Shown here one piece after another: positions 38,462-49,073 of a DNA stretch of 64,000 nt; positions within the stretch are counted from its first letter, which is position 1, and the number at the start of each line of letters is the position of its first letter. A program made the translations under genes and the position numbers. Source of the DNA: a bacterium (GTDB taxonomy: Bacteria > SAR324 > XYD2-FULL-50-16); contig JAVVEA010000004.1 in NCBI GenBank assembly GCA_032250835.1, positions 1 to 64,000 on the forward strand, read 5' to 3'. The notes below the pieces were generated by a model. The model searched no databases. It saw only the letters and a list, made by a program, of their open reading frames with translations, and was not told where the DNA came from.

Positions 38462-39809
38462 CGGGCTCGCGGGTCGTCAGGTTGCTGAAGGTAGTGTACT
38501 TGCCGGTAAAGACCAGCTTGATGGTGCCGGTGGAGCCGTTGCGGTGTTTGCCAATGATGATTTCGGCGATGCCCTTGTCTTTGCTGTTCTCGTCGTAGAC
38601 TTCGTCGCGGTAGATAAACATGATCAAGTCGGCGTCTTGCTCGATGGCGCCCGATTCGCGCAAGTCCGAGAGCTGGGGCCGTTTGTTGGTGCGGCTCTCT
38701 AAAGAACGGTTGAGCTGAGACAGGGCGATCACCGGCACATGTAATTCCTTGGCCAGACCCTTAAGCCCCCGGCTGATTTCGGCGATTTCTTGTTCCCGCG
38801 GTTGGTTGGGCCTGGAACCGCGCATCAATTGGAGGTAGTCGATGACCACCAAAGAGACGCCCTGGGGGAATTCTTTGTGTAGCTGTTTGGAGATGGTGGC
38901 TACGTCGTAACTAGAAAGCGCTGGGGTGTCGTTAATATAGATGTTACGGCCACTGAGCACGTCGGTGGCCATGGCCAACTTGTCCCAGTCTTCGGCTTCA
39001 AGATTGCCGGAACGTAACTTTTCGCTGTCTACCTTGGCTTCCGAAGAGAGCAGACGGGTCGCCAATTGTTCTTTGCTCATCTCCAAGCTGAAGATCAGCG
39101 TCGCGCCCGGCGTGTCTGAGCGGGTGGCCACATAGCGGGCGATGTTCAACACAAAGGCGGTCTTGCCCATGGCGGGCCTTGCCGCCAGGATGATCAAATC
39201 CGAAGGCTGAAGCCCGCTGGTCTTTTTGTCTAGGTCAATAAAGCCCGAAGGCAGACCCGTGACGTCTTTGTCATGCGCCGAGTTGCGCTCTAAGGTTTCG
39301 AAGGTTGCCGGAAGGATGTCGCGGATATGGCGGTAAGACTTGTCTGAAGAGCGCGAAGCAATCTCGGCGATCTTGGATTCCGCCTCGGCCAAGAGGTCGC
39401 CGATCTTTTGGTCTGGGTTGCGCGACTTGCGGGCGATTTCGGTGGTGGTGGTGATCAACTCCCGCAACAGAGCATGTTCTTGGACGATCTTGGCGTAGGC
39501 GACGACATTGTCCGAACTGGGCGTCTCCAAGAGCAATTCGGCCAGATAAACATAGCCGCCGGCTGTCTCCAACTGGCCTTGGGCCTTGAGTTGGTCGCCT
39601 AAGGTGATCTCGTCAATGGGCTGGTCCGCTTCGCCTAACTCAAGCATCGCCGCAAATATTTGCTGGTGGGCTATGCTAAAGAAAGACAGCGGGGTGAGCA
39701 GCGAAGCCACCTCAACCATCAAGCTGTTGTCCTCTAAGATAGAACCCAAGACGGCCTGTTCGGCTTCTTGGTCTTGAGGGATGGTGGTTTGGGTCAGTTG
39801 CGGGTTCAT
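38445..39809 (-). CDS. dnaB: Replicative DNA helicase
   Basis: AEQAVLG, AARPAMGKT, FSLEM, VIDYLQL, LSQLNR and DLRESGAIEQDAD. Confidence 0.98.
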   Translation of the reverse strand: MNPQLTQTTIPQDQEAEQAVLGSILEDNSLMVEVASLLTPLSFFSIAHQQIFAAMLELGEADQPIDEITLGDQLKAQGQLETAGGYVYLAELLLETPSSDNVVAYAKIVQEHALLRELITTTTEIARKSRNPDQKIGDLLAEAESKIAEIASRSSDKSYRHIRDILPATFETLERNSAHDKDVTGLPSGFIDLDKKTSGLQPSDLIILAARPAMGKTAFVLNIARYVATRSDTPGATLIFSLEMSKEQLATRLLSSEAKVDSEKLRSGNLEAEDWDKLAMATDVLSGRNIYINDTPALSSYDVATISKQLHKEFPQGVSLVVIDYLQLMRGSRPNQPREQEIAEISRGLKGLAKELHVPVIALSQLNRSLESRTNKRPQLSDLRESGAIEQDADLIMFIYRDEVYDENSKDKGIAEIIIGKHRNGSTGTIKLVFTGKYTTFSNLTTREPDAPPL

Positions 39810-40074
39810 GGCCTCTTGGAGTTTGAAGGACTATGGAGCCTACCAATCTTCCCTACCGGCGGCAAGAGCCATGAGCTATCTAACCGAATCCAAAGGTTTT
39901 GACCACTTTTTTCCAAGCCCTATAAAGGGTTTGCCCTAAGCTCTTTAGGGGCTTTCCCTCACCCTGGGGGCCTGTTCGGCGAATTTACTGCTAGAAATAG
40001 AAAAAAAAGCGCGGTAGTATTCAAAAATACAGATACAGAAATCTCAGGGTTCTGTTTGCAGAAGCCAGAGGAGC

Positions 40075-41697
40075 ATGACTTTAGCGTCCACACTTTCTTC
40101 TCTTGAAATGAAAAATCTAAAGATTAAGTTCAAAATCCTGCTCGGATTTTTGGCCGTCATCATCCTGTTCATCGCCGGGGTTAGTATCGGCATGAAAGCC
40201 GTCAACGGGGTTACCGAAGCGGCCAGTATGCTCGAAGAACGGTTGCAGCAAATACGCAGCCTTGAGGAATTAGAGAAAAAGAGCATCCAAATGACGCTCC
40301 TGTTTATGGACATCATCATCGACCGAGATGCGGGGGTGAGTGCTGAACGCAAGGCCCAGCTGGTCGAATTGACGGACTACATGAAGGGCCATGAAGCAGA
40401 GATGCGAGCCGCCGCCGACACACCCTTCGAGCAAGAAACGACCGAAAAGATCATCAAGAACTATTACAGCCTAGCTAAGGTCGGCTCTGATGAGTTGATC
40501 CGCGGCATCGAAGGCGGTAAGGCCAACGATGCTTTTTTCGATGAGATGGACGACAAGATCGACCGGTTTGGTGAAGGCAACGTAGAACTGATCGTCCAGG
40601 TGATCCAGAGCATCGAAGGCGAACTGGAAGAGGCCGAGGCCGAGCGGGTTTCCGCTGTTACCACTAGCCATAGCCTACAGATCGGCAGCTTGGTGGTGGG
40701 GTTGTTGATGGCTGGATTGGCCGCCTGGGTGATTATCGGGTCGATCTCCAAGCCCCTGGACAAGACCTTAGAACTGCTCCAAAACGTTGCCGAAGGAGAA
40801 GGGGACCTGACCCTGCGGCTAGACGAGGCCCGCAAGGATGAATTAGGCCAAGTGGCCCATTGGTTCAACCGCTTTTTGGACAACATGGCGGGGATCATTG
40901 GCGGGGTGCAGCAGGGCGTGGCCGAAATTTCGGCCGCTGGCGAAGAACTTTCCTCGGCCGCCGCCCAGATCAGCACCACCGCCGAAACCATTGCGACCGA
41001 CGCCGAACGAGAGTCGGCGGCGCTGACCGAAGCGGCCAGCTCGATCACCGAGATCGCCGCCGCTTTTGAATCTACGGCAAGGCAGATGAACGAATTGAAG
41101 GGCTACGCCGATGATGCTCGCATGGCCGCCGACCAAGCGAACCAAGCGGTCAGCGAAACCCAGCACAGCATGGAAGAAATAGGCAACTCCAGCAAAAAGA
41201 TCGTCACCATCATCAACGTGATCACCGAGATCGCCAACCAGACCAACTTGCTTTCCTTAAACGCCGCCATTGAGGCCGCCAAGGCCGGGGAATCAGGCAA
41301 GGGCTTTGCGGTAGTCGCCGACGAGGTGCGGCTGCTGGCCGACCGCTCCAATGCCCAGGTGACGCAAATCAAAGACTTAATCGAGATCAGTAGCGCCAAT
41401 GTCGAGAAAGGCCGGGCCATCACCGACAACACGGTCCAGGTGTTGGGCAATATCACCCAACTGGTTGAAGGTATGGCCGAGCCGATCAACAACACCGCCC
41501 TGGCCATCGAGGAACAGCGTTCGGGCGTACAAGAGATGGGCAAGACCACCGACGAGATCAGCAAGGTCAGCGAAAACAACTCCGACGCCGCCAAGCAACT
41601 CTCGGCAGCGACCCAGCAGATTGCCCAGACTTCAGGTAGCCTAGCCGAAATGGTCGATGCGCTCAAACAAAAAACCGACCGCTTCAAGACCGCCTAA
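40075..41697 (+). CDS. Methyl-accepting chemotaxis protein
   Basis: Two TMs, HAMP (GDLT...DELG) and signalling hairpin [30 protein letters not shown]. Confidence 0.96.
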   Translation: MTLASTLSSLEMKNLKIKFKILLGFLAVIILFIAGVSIGMKAVNGVTEAASMLEERLQQIRSLEELEKKSIQMTLLFMDIIIDRDAGVSAERKAQLVELTDYMKGHEAEMRAAADTPFEQETTEKIIKNYYSLAKVGSDELIRGIEGGKANDAFFDEMDDKIDRFGEGNVELIVQVIQSIEGELEEAEAERVSAVTTSHSLQIGSLVVGLLMAGLAAWVIIGSISKPLDKTLELLQNVAEGEGDLTLRLDEARKDELGQVAHWFNRFLDNMAGIIGGVQQGVAEISAAGEELSSAAAQISTTAETIATDAERESAALTEAASSITEIAAAFESTARQMNELKGYADDARMAADQANQAVSETQHSMEEIGNSSKKIVTIINVITEIANQTNLLSLNAAIEAAKAGESGKGFAVVADEVRLLADRSNAQVTQIKDLIEISSANVEKGRAITDNTVQVLGNITQLVEGMAEPINNTALAIEEQRSGVQEMGKTTDEISKVSENNSDAAKQLSAATQQIAQTSGSLAEMVDALKQKTDRFKTA

Positions 41698-41839
41698 CCC
41701 CCCCCGCTCATACTTAAGGTCAGCCCCTCTTGGGGCAGGCCTTGGTGCGCCTAGATTGCCGGTACAATAGTCCAACGGCAGGTCCCGCCAGGACCGCCAA
41801 ACTTGAGGCAGACTCAGGAGGCTGTCCTTTTGGACCACG

Positions 41840-42025
41840 CTAACCTAGTAAACGGCTGATCCAATTAACCGCCGGTTGGATTGTTTCGACCCAGCTTGGG
41901 TTGAGCCAATCTGCCAGATTACGGAGCATTTCAGACAGGTCTTGTTTCCCTAGGTCCTCAGCGAACCACCAGAGGATCTTACGGGAAACCCGCAGCGTCA
42001 GTTTCCATTTGCTTGGATGTTTCAT
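41840..42025 (-). CDS. Small Trp-rich orphan ORF (61 aa)
   Basis: AAAGGA RBS before ATG 42025 (MKHPSKWKL...); AT-rich context. Confidence 0.4.
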   Translation of the reverse strand: MKHPSKWKLTLRVSRKILWWFAEDLGKQDLSEMLRNLADWLNPSWVETIQPAVNWISRLLG

Positions 42026-42264
42026 GTTTCCTTTCTTAAGGAGGTAAAAAAGGACAAAAAATGTTTTCGTCCTAATAGCAAGGTTTATGCGAGTCCAATT
42101 TGTCGTTTTGAGGTCATATTTTTTTAGTCGGCTGTAAAAACTTTTCTCGTGGAGCATAAAAGACTTTATCCAAATCTACTAAGATGAACATGTTCACAGC
42201 AGTTGGAATGGCTCTTTCCAACTAGAAGCATCCACTGGGAGCATCGCTTTATTTTCCAGCCTAG

Positions 42265-42291
42265 TGGTTGCCCCAAGGGGATTCGAACCCC
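42265..42291 (-). pseudogene. tRNA 3'-end remnant (T-arm, acceptor strand, CCA), Glu/Gln-like
   Basis: Minus strand reads GGGGTTCGAATCCCCTTGGGGCAACCA; no D-arm or complete anticodon arm upstream. Confidence 0.65.
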
Positions 42292-42723
42292 AAGAGGGCG
42301 ATTTTTTTTCTGATTTGAAGATAACCGGTAGGTTGGAGCTTGGTAACCGGGGACGATTACCCTAGCAAGCGGAGTCCTGATTTTTTCTGGTGCTAGGCTA
42401 TCTGGACCTTAGTCCGTGGGCGCGTGGGCTATAATCGGAGAGCTTTTAGCGCCCTTCTGAGCCGAAAATTGAGCGTCTTGAGAGTGTCGTTAAACCGAGT
42501 TAGGACTTGAGCTTTGTGGCTCTGCGCCAAAAAGTGGGGGCTGCGGGGTCTTCAACGAAGGCGCCCCAAGGAAAGTCTACGATTGGGAAGGATCGATCCT
42601 TTTACTGCACGCCAATAGTGGGTGAGTCAGGGGGTACTCTGGGGAGGGCCACTTAGCTAGGCAGGCAAGAGCCCAAGCCAGTTGGGCTGCTTGGCGGATC
42701 AAGCGGAAAGTGCCCCAAGGGGG

Positions 42724-44283
42724 CTATTTCCAGTAGTAGCGGATTAGGTAGCGGAAGTTCTTGAAGCCGCCGGTTTCGCCTTGGATGAAGCCGACCCGGT
42801 CGGCGACGCGCAAGTATACGGGGCCCTGGGGGCTTTCGCGGAAGTTGTAGCGGATTTCGGTGCGGCGGGTGCCGATCAGGTTATATTGGTTTAGGTACTC
42901 GACCTCTTGGTCGTACAACTTGATCTGCGGCGAAAGGTCGGTCTTGCCGACCCGTCCCCATTCGATCACCAGCATCTTGGCCCCAACCTTGGGCTGGATT
43001 AGGAATAGGTCCTCGTCGGCTCGACTGGTCACCATGCCGTAAACCAGATGTTTAGGCCCTAGGTTGTTTAATTCATAGGCGTTGTTGTTGGGCTCCGTCT
43101 CGGACCATTTGGGTAATTGCTCTAGGGTAGGCAACTGCCCTTCAGGTAGCTCCAACATTTCGGCAATTTCTTTGATCAGGTCCGGTTGGGGCTCGAAGGG
43201 CTTAAGCTCCAGCAAGCTCCGTTTGGGCTTAAAGGCCGCTTTGATCCGCAAGCGGTTGATGCCCGGCTCTTCTAATTCAAAACTAAAGTAGGGACTCGGC
43301 TGGGCTAGGGCCGCCACCAGCCGCTTCATGCCGCGTTTGGCTTGGACCATGTACTCACTTTTGTCGCGCCCTAAGCCCGTCAGCCAGTATCCGCCGACGG
43401 CGGAACTGGGGCGCAAGATGCGGTTTTCGAATTGGCTGCGGTGGTAAGGGGAGTCTAGGCCTTCTACTTCTAAGTAGACCATCGACTTTTGCCCTTCTTC
43501 AAAGCTGCCCACCTTCAGCGAGCTGACCGAAAAGAGGGCCAGAAAGCTTTTTTGCCGGTCCTCCAAGGCGTCGTCCAGGTCGTCAGCGGCGACGGGGTCG
43601 ATACCCATCGAAAAGCTGCCTAACTGGGCGTAGCCCGCTTGGCGATAAATCCGCAGCCCCACTTGGTCAAACAACTCCCCTTCCTTGGCGCGCCGGGCCT
43701 CGATCAAGAAGATCACCGGGGCTCCGTTGTAGGCCTCAAAAAGGGGTTGGACAAAATCCGGCTGGTCGTGGGGGCCTTCGGGTAGCTGGGCTTGATGGGG
43801 GCCAAGCAGTTCCAGGTGGAATATTTTTAGGCGCTCACGTAGCGCTTCCAAGGGAACCTGCAAGGGTGTTTCGACTACCAGACTGACCTTCTGCCAGGGG
43901 TCGCTGGCCAAGACCAAATGCATTTTGCGCAGTTGGTCGGCAAGGGGTTCCATCTCCACCTTGCCTTCGATTTTCATAAAAAACGCATCGCCCTGGCGCT
44001 TTTCTTCTAAGACCTTAACAGCGTTGATATAGCGGTCGGGCCGGATGCGGCGGCCAGCCAAACGAGAGTCGATGAACTCCTTGTACATCGGCTCGCCGAG
44101 CAAAGAAAAAATTGCCTGATGGACCACTTGTTCGCGCAGCGCCGAGAAGGCCCGGTTACGGGCGTAGACCACGTCGCGGTCCAAAACCTCGACCTGGGTT
44201 TCTACTTGATAACTTTTGATGGCTTGGGCTTGCGACAGCAGGGGGAACCAAAGAGCCAAGCACAGCAGGGCAACTAGCCTCAT
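42724..44283 (-). CDS. Secreted protein with C-terminal PPC-like domain
   Basis: Signal peptide; ETEPNN...GMV....DEDLF pattern typical of pre-peptidase C-terminal domains; ATGA-coupled to the HD-GYP gene. Confidence 0.6.
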   Translation of the reverse strand: MRLVALLCLALWFPLLSQAQAIKSYQVETQVEVLDRDVVYARNRAFSALREQVVHQAIFSLLGEPMYKEFIDSRLAGRRIRPDRYINAVKVLEEKRQGDAFFMKIEGKVEMEPLADQLRKMHLVLASDPWQKVSLVVETPLQVPLEALRERLKIFHLELLGPHQAQLPEGPHDQPDFVQPLFEAYNGAPVIFLIEARRAKEGELFDQVGLRIYRQAGYAQLGSFSMGIDPVAADDLDDALEDRQKSFLALFSVSSLKVGSFEEGQKSMVYLEVEGLDSPYHRSQFENRILRPSSAVGGYWLTGLGRDKSEYMVQAKRGMKRLVAALAQPSPYFSFELEEPGINRLRIKAAFKPKRSLLELKPFEPQPDLIKEIAEMLELPEGQLPTLEQLPKWSETEPNNNAYELNNLGPKHLVYGMVTSRADEDLFLIQPKVGAKMLVIEWGRVGKTDLSPQIKLYDQEVEYLNQYNLIGTRRTEIRYNFRESPQGPVYLRVADRVGFIQGETGGFKNFRYLIRYYWK

Positions 44284-46181
44284 GCCTGTGACTCCAAGGC
44301 CCGCGCGAATTGTGCGAGCAATTGTTCCTGGTACGCCGGCAGGTTGGCTTCAAAGCCCTTGGGGTAAAAGCGTTCCAACCAAGCGTCGACATCCACCGGG
44401 CCCAGTTGGGTTTCCAACAAGTTGCGCTGGGCCCAATCGAGGCAGAGGCCGGATTTTAAAAAGATGCGGATCACCTCGGGGTCTAGATGTCCGTCTTTGA
44501 CCATAAAACCAAGGATTTCTAGGGCCTTTGAGAGCGGCATAGGCTGTTTGTAGGGCCGGTCGCTGGCCGTAAGGGCCTCAAAGATGTCCACCACCGCGAT
44601 GATGCGCGACTGAAGGGGCAGTTGGTTGGCCTTTAGCTTGTGGGGATAACCAGTGCCGTTGAGCGTCTCGTGGTGCGCCGCAGCGTAGAGCGGGAGCTTG
44701 AGCATTTTACGCGGAAAAGGCAGCTTGAACAGCCAGCGCCAAGAGCGGTCCGCGTGGTCGTTGATGATCTTGCGTTCGGCGTCTGAGAGCGTCCCTTTGC
44801 GGATCGAAAGCAACTCTTTTTCCTTTTCGTCCACCAACGCTTCGGGGCTGGGCTGGGCCAACAGCTCGACCTGGGCAATGTAGTCGACGTTGATGCCCTG
44901 CGCGGTGGTGGATTTAAGGAATTGCCGGTGGCTACGCGTGGCGGCGGCTTCGATCTGGGCAATCTTTTCGTCGGCCATAAACTCGCCGCCAAAGTTAAAC
45001 TGCAAAAGCTGTTGCAGCTCGCCCACCAGTTCTTTGACCTGTTCGTTTTTGGTCCCTTCTAGTTCCTTGAGTTCGTCGGGATTGGTGCCCGTTTCTAAGG
45101 CTTTGACCTTGGCTTGCAGGAAGTCAATCTCTAGGTCTTTGATCTTCGAGTTGTAGCGCTGGACTAACATATCAAACCGGTCGACCAGCACCTCCATCTT
45201 CAACTGTTTGCTGACCACACTTTCAGGGGTGGTCAGCTTGCCGATGTCGTGCATCCAGCCGGAAAGCCGGATTTCTTCCATCTGGTCTTCGGTGAACATC
45301 ATGGGGCCGTACATCCCCTCGGGGTGCTTGCTGACCATTTCGGCAATCTCGTAGGTCAAGCTGGCTACCCGGTTGATGTGACCAAAGTTGTAAGGACTTT
45401 TTTCGCCCAAACCTTCGGCCAAAACCTGCACAAATGCGGCAAAGAGGCGTTCTTGCTCAGATACAAGCCGGTCAGTGGTGAGGGAGACGGCCGCTTGGTA
45501 GCTGATCGCCTGGACCACCGCCTGATCGCTGGCGGCGAAGGGGATCACCTCACCATCTTTGTCTTTGCGGTTGATCAACTGCAAAACGCCGATGATCTCG
45601 TTTTCGTGGTCGCGCAGGGGGATCACCAGCATGGACTTGCTGCGGTAGCCGGTCTGCTCGTCGTATTTTTTGGTGCCTGAAAAGTCAAAACCCTGGGCGT
45701 TGTATACGTCAGGGATGTTGATTACTTGGCCAGTGTTGGCGCAGTAGGCCGAAACGTTATTGACGTTTTGGACGCCCTGAACCTCCAAGGGAACAGGGGG
45801 CAAGAAGAATTCGCCGGCTTCGGTGCGCTGGCGGTAGACGTTCATGCTGTCGTTTTGTAGCACCTCAAAGTTGAGGTATTTGGCCTTGAGCTCGCCGGGG
45901 TTGAGGGGCTCGTCGTAATATTCCAGGTCCACCATGTATAAGGTGCCCCCATCGGCATTGGTCAGTTTGCGCGCGGTGGATAAGATGATCTCCATCCCCT
46001 GGCGGCGGTCCTTCATGGTTTTGTTGAGGTCCCCGCCCGCTTCGATTAAGATGTCTACTTGCCGCTCTAATTCACCGATCTCTTTGTGGATCGACGAGAA
46101 GGCGCGCAGGACACGCTCATTGAGCCCCTCGTGCTTTTGCAGTAGCGTCTCAAACTGGATCAGACGGGTGGATAGACGCAT
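44280..46181 (-). CDS. GAF plus HD-GYP c-di-GMP phosphodiesterase
   Basis: GAF (ADGGTLY, YRSKSMLVIPL, LQLIN); HDIGK, HHETLNGTGYP, DIFEALT and RPYK. Confidence 0.92.
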   Translation of the reverse strand: MRLSTRLIQFETLLQKHEGLNERVLRAFSSIHKEIGELERQVDILIEAGGDLNKTMKDRRQGMEIILSTARKLTNADGGTLYMVDLEYYDEPLNPGELKAKYLNFEVLQNDSMNVYRQRTEAGEFFLPPVPLEVQGVQNVNNVSAYCANTGQVINIPDVYNAQGFDFSGTKKYDEQTGYRSKSMLVIPLRDHENEIIGVLQLINRKDKDGEVIPFAASDQAVVQAISYQAAVSLTTDRLVSEQERLFAAFVQVLAEGLGEKSPYNFGHINRVASLTYEIAEMVSKHPEGMYGPMMFTEDQMEEIRLSGWMHDIGKLTTPESVVSKQLKMEVLVDRFDMLVQRYNSKIKDLEIDFLQAKVKALETGTNPDELKELEGTKNEQVKELVGELQQLLQFNFGGEFMADEKIAQIEAAATRSHRQFLKSTTAQGINVDYIAQVELLAQPSPEALVDEKEKELLSIRKGTLSDAERKIINDHADRSWRWLFKLPFPRKMLKLPLYAAAHHETLNGTGYPHKLKANQLPLQSRIIAVVDIFEALTASDRPYKQPMPLSKALEILGFMVKDGHLDPEVIRIFLKSGLCLDWAQRNLLETQLGPVDVDAWLERFYPKGFEANLPAYQEQLLAQFARALESQA

Positions 46182-46187
46182 GGGGTC

Positions 46188-46577
46188 TTAATTGTGGCGG
46201 ATGTGCTCTTGCTGCTCTTGAACTTCCTTGCACTGTATGCACAGGGTGGTTACTGGCCGGGCCTCTAAACGCTGTTTGCCAATCGGCTCCCCGCATTCTT
46301 CACACTCATTATAAGCACCCTCTTCGAGCCGCGCGATAGCTTGGCGTACCTTTTTGATCAATTTACGCTCACGGTCGCGGATGCGCAGGGTGGTGTTGCG
46401 CTCGAATTCGTAAGTCGCCCGGTCGCCGGGGTCAGGGAATTCAAGGTCTGCGTCCTGCATCTCTTGCATCGTGCCGCCTGACTCTTCAATCAAGTCGCGG
46501 ATCTGCTGCTCTAAAAGCGCCTTAAAGTGTTCAAACTCTTCGGGGCTAATATCCGGGTTGCTTTCGTCAAATCTCAT
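46188..46577 (-). CDS. dksA: RNA polymerase-binding factor DksA
   Basis: DPGDRA coiled-coil tip, RDRERKLI and C4 zinc finger CEEC...RLEARP...CIQC. Confidence 0.95.
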   Translation of the reverse strand: MRFDESNPDISPEEFEHFKALLEQQIRDLIEESGGTMQEMQDADLEFPDPGDRATYEFERNTTLRIRDRERKLIKKVRQAIARLEEGAYNECEECGEPIGKQRLEARPVTTLCIQCKEVQEQQEHIRHN

Positions 46578-46590
46578 AATGCCTCCTGGG

Positions 46591-47277
46591 TCAACGAACG
46601 GTTATACGTTCAACTTGTCCGTTCCCGTCAGTATATTGAAGCTGGTTCTCACGAATCCAGCGGAGGTTAAGGTCGGCGCTGTAGTTGACCACCGTGGGTG
46701 CGAGGTGGGTCACCTCGTTTTTGCCCTGCTCGACTACATGCAGTTTGAAGCTGTACTGATAGCGGGTTCGGCCATCAGAGGTTTCAACCTGCTTTCCACC
46801 GACAATGTGGGTGAAGGCACCCTTGTCCTTGCCGTTAAAGACAAAGTTCCCCGCCGTGTTCGAGCGGGGCAGCAGGTCTTGGATTTCACCATCTTCCAAG
46901 ATACGGAACAGTCGAGACAAACCGCCTTTGACCTTGAGGCGGTAAAACCCGTCTTCCAAAGCTTCCAGGCTAACGTCCATTTCCTCACCGGGAATCAACT
47001 CCAGCTTCTTCTGGTTGTCTTCGTCAGTGGCGTAAACCAGCAGACCTTGCTTAATGACGAGCATACCACGTACAGCAAGGCCCTGTCTCGAAAAAATGCG
47101 CTCCCCATTTCGGTAGAGGCTGTTGGCCAACCGCTCGGCTGGGAATACCTGGTATCCCTCTTCCAAGGCCAATATAGGGCTGGCCGGTTCTTCTTGGGGC
47201 TCCGGCGTGGCGTCTTGGGCCCACAAAGGATTGCTGGCCAAAAGGAAAAGAGCGGAAAGAACTAGTACAAGGCGCAT
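46591..47277 (-). CDS. Hypothetical secreted protein
   Basis: Signal peptide; beta-rich; operonic. Confidence 0.65.
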   Translation of the reverse strand: MRLVLVLSALFLLASNPLWAQDATPEPQEEPASPILALEEGYQVFPAERLANSLYRNGERIFSRQGLAVRGMLVIKQGLLVYATDEDNQKKLELIPGEEMDVSLEALEDGFYRLKVKGGLSRLFRILEDGEIQDLLPRSNTAGNFVFNGKDKGAFTHIVGGKQVETSDGRTRYQYSFKLHVVEQGKNEVTHLAPTVVNYSADLNLRWIRENQLQYTDGNGQVERITVR

Positions 47278-47338
47278 TACATTGCATCCATGCTGGGTTT
47301 AGACGCCTCCTCAGAGGGTAAAAGTCAGTTCGTACAAT

Positions 47339-48013
47339 TTAGTGTCCTACAGAGAGCTTGTCAATCACTTCCATTCCTTCGGGAATCTCGAAGTAGAAGT
47401 CTTGAGGCTTTAAAGCGGGCTGAGTCTGGGGATTTTTGAGGTCAAAACGCCTCCAATTTCCCTGCTCATCAAACAAAATGAATGATTCGACCAATCCGCC
47501 ACCGGGCTTTAGGTGCAGCTCCGCGAGGCCCGGCACCGGCTTTTTAGGGCTAAGGTAAAGCCAGCCAGGACCCTTGTCTTCAGTACCGAAGCGGGGCTTG
47601 TTTGAGCTTAAATAAGCCTCCGACAAAGGCGCCGAAGAAAACAAAAAAGCCAAACCTTCTAAGCGGTCCACTTCCGATTTGTCGGCGAGGGTGACGTTTT
47701 CTAAGAGCGGATCGAAGATCCAAACCCGGTCGGTGCCCACGATGATCAACAAAGGCTCCGGCTCGAGGTATTCAAAACGGATCAAGCCGGGGCGCATCCA
47801 AGCCAACTTGCCGCCTGAGGTGATCTTGCGGTCTTTGAGGCGGTTGTAGCTGCTTTGGATGAATTGGGCCGAAAACTTTTGGCTTTGGCGCAAGCGCTGG
47901 CTTAGCCGGTCCATCTCGTCGGCCCACAGGGGGGGGCTGATTAGGGCCAGCAGCAACCAACCGCAGGCGAAGCGGGCCAGCCTGTTGAGGGCTTTGGGGG
48001 TAGACAACTTCAA
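47339..48013 (-). CDS. lolA: Outer-membrane lipoprotein carrier LolA
   Basis: FSAQFIQ, RPGLIRFEY..P, WIFDPLLENVT and F.F.IPEG..VID. Confidence 0.88.
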   Translation of the reverse strand: MKLSTPKALNRLARFACGWLLLALISPPLWADEMDRLSQRLRQSQKFSAQFIQSSYNRLKDRKITSGGKLAWMRPGLIRFEYLEPEPLLIIVGTDRVWIFDPLLENVTLADKSEVDRLEGLAFLFSSAPLSEAYLSSNKPRFGTEDKGPGWLYLSPKKPVPGLAELHLKPGGGLVESFILFDEQGNWRRFDLKNPQTQPALKPQDFYFEIPEGMEVIDKLSVGH

Positions 48014-48480
48014 GCTAGGTTTGAGAGATGGCGGTTGAGGTTTTCCATGAACAAATACCAGCCTTCGCGCTCGCCCTGTTCCAAGACCGCTTTTTTGTGT
48101 TCTTCGGACTGGAAGACCGAAAAGAGCGAGAGCCTGGATTTGCCCGCCTCCAGGTCGTCAAAGACCACCACGTTGACCAAGGGGATTTGGTCGCGGTCGT
48201 CATCCCAGGTGTCGATGTATACTAAGCGCTGGTTTGGGGTTACTTCCTGGTACTGCCCTTGGGTGGGGTACAGGTCGCCCATTTCAGAGCGCAGGTGCAG
48301 TTTAAACTGCCCGCCTACTTTCGCGTCTACTTCGCAAAGCTCAACGCTAAAGCCCGGCGGTTTGAACCACTGGCTCAACTGTTCCGCTTCGGTCCAGGCA
48401 AGGTAAACCTGCTCTTTGGGGAATTCTAATTGCAGGGTGAAGATCAATTCGGCATCGGTACTGTCGGTCATGTCCGTCAT
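48010..48480 (-). CDS. SRPBCC/AHSA1 domain protein
   Basis: VY.AWT...L.QW, D.KVGG, GQY.EV.P..RLVY and GW. Confidence 0.88.
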   Translation of the reverse strand: MTDMTDSTDAELIFTLQLEFPKEQVYLAWTEAEQLSQWFKPPGFSVELCEVDAKVGGQFKLHLRSEMGDLYPTQGQYQEVTPNQRLVYIDTWDDDRDQIPLVNVVVFDDLEAGKSRLSLFSVFQSEEHKKAVLEQGEREGWYLFMENLNRHLSNLA

Positions 48481-48633
48481 ATTCGCTCATAGGAGTCGCG
48501 GGTAAAGTACCCTGGGGTGCTCAAAGCGTCGGTCCGGGGGGGGCTGAGTCCCTGGACTTAGGTGTTGGGTTGGGCATGGGGCTAAAGCTTAGATCTCATT
48601 TTTTTTTCGGCCGCTTCTTTGAGCTAGCCGCTT

Positions 48634-48825
48634 TCATTCGTTTCCGCCCGAGACTTCGGTGATGGTGATCTGCTCCCCATCGACCTGATAAACAATCTGG
48701 TTGGGGTTGCAGCAGACCTCACAGTCGTAAATTTCGGTGACCGGCCCGTTGAACTGGTCGCCGGATTCTAAGTACACCTTAAAGGATTCGAAGCAGAAAT
48801 AACAGGTCACCGTCTTTTCAACCAT
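48634..48825 (-). CDS. Small Cys-rich zinc-ribbon protein (CPXCG-motif family-like)
   Basis: CYFC...DCEVCCNP. Confidence 0.75.
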   Translation of the reverse strand: MVEKTVTCYFCFESFKVYLESGDQFNGPVTEIYDCEVCCNPNQIVYQVDGEQITITEVSGGNE

Positions 48826-48836
48826 AAAGGGGCCTT

Positions 48837-49073
48837 TTATCGGATCGGCTTTTCGATTTCGAGGATAGCGTTTTCTACCTCTTCCATCTTTTTCGAGAGC
48901 ACCGCTTGGGCATCAAAAAGTCCCCGGTTGTAAAAGTAGGGCCCCAGTTTTTCGGCAATAAAATCCAACAAAAACCCGGCATCAAAGGGCCCCAATTCGG
49001 TCTCCAACTCTTTGGCGAAGTAGGCCTGTAATTTCTCGATGATTTCGTCTCGGTTATGCTTGGTTAAGTTCAT
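48837..49073 (-). CDS. DUF2164 family protein
   Basis: LQAYF..EL..ELG.FDAGFLLDF...GPYFYNRGL.DAQ; start at ATG 49073. Confidence 0.85.
   Translation of the reverse strand: MNLTKHNRDEIIEKLQAYFAKELETELGPFDAGFLLDFIAEKLGPYFYNRGLFDAQAVLSKKMEEVENAILEIEKPIR

Noticed and set aside
42265-42340. Intact tRNA gene
   Set aside because: Only the T-arm and 3' acceptor strand are present; the upstream sequence cannot form D and anticodon arms or the 5' acceptor strand.
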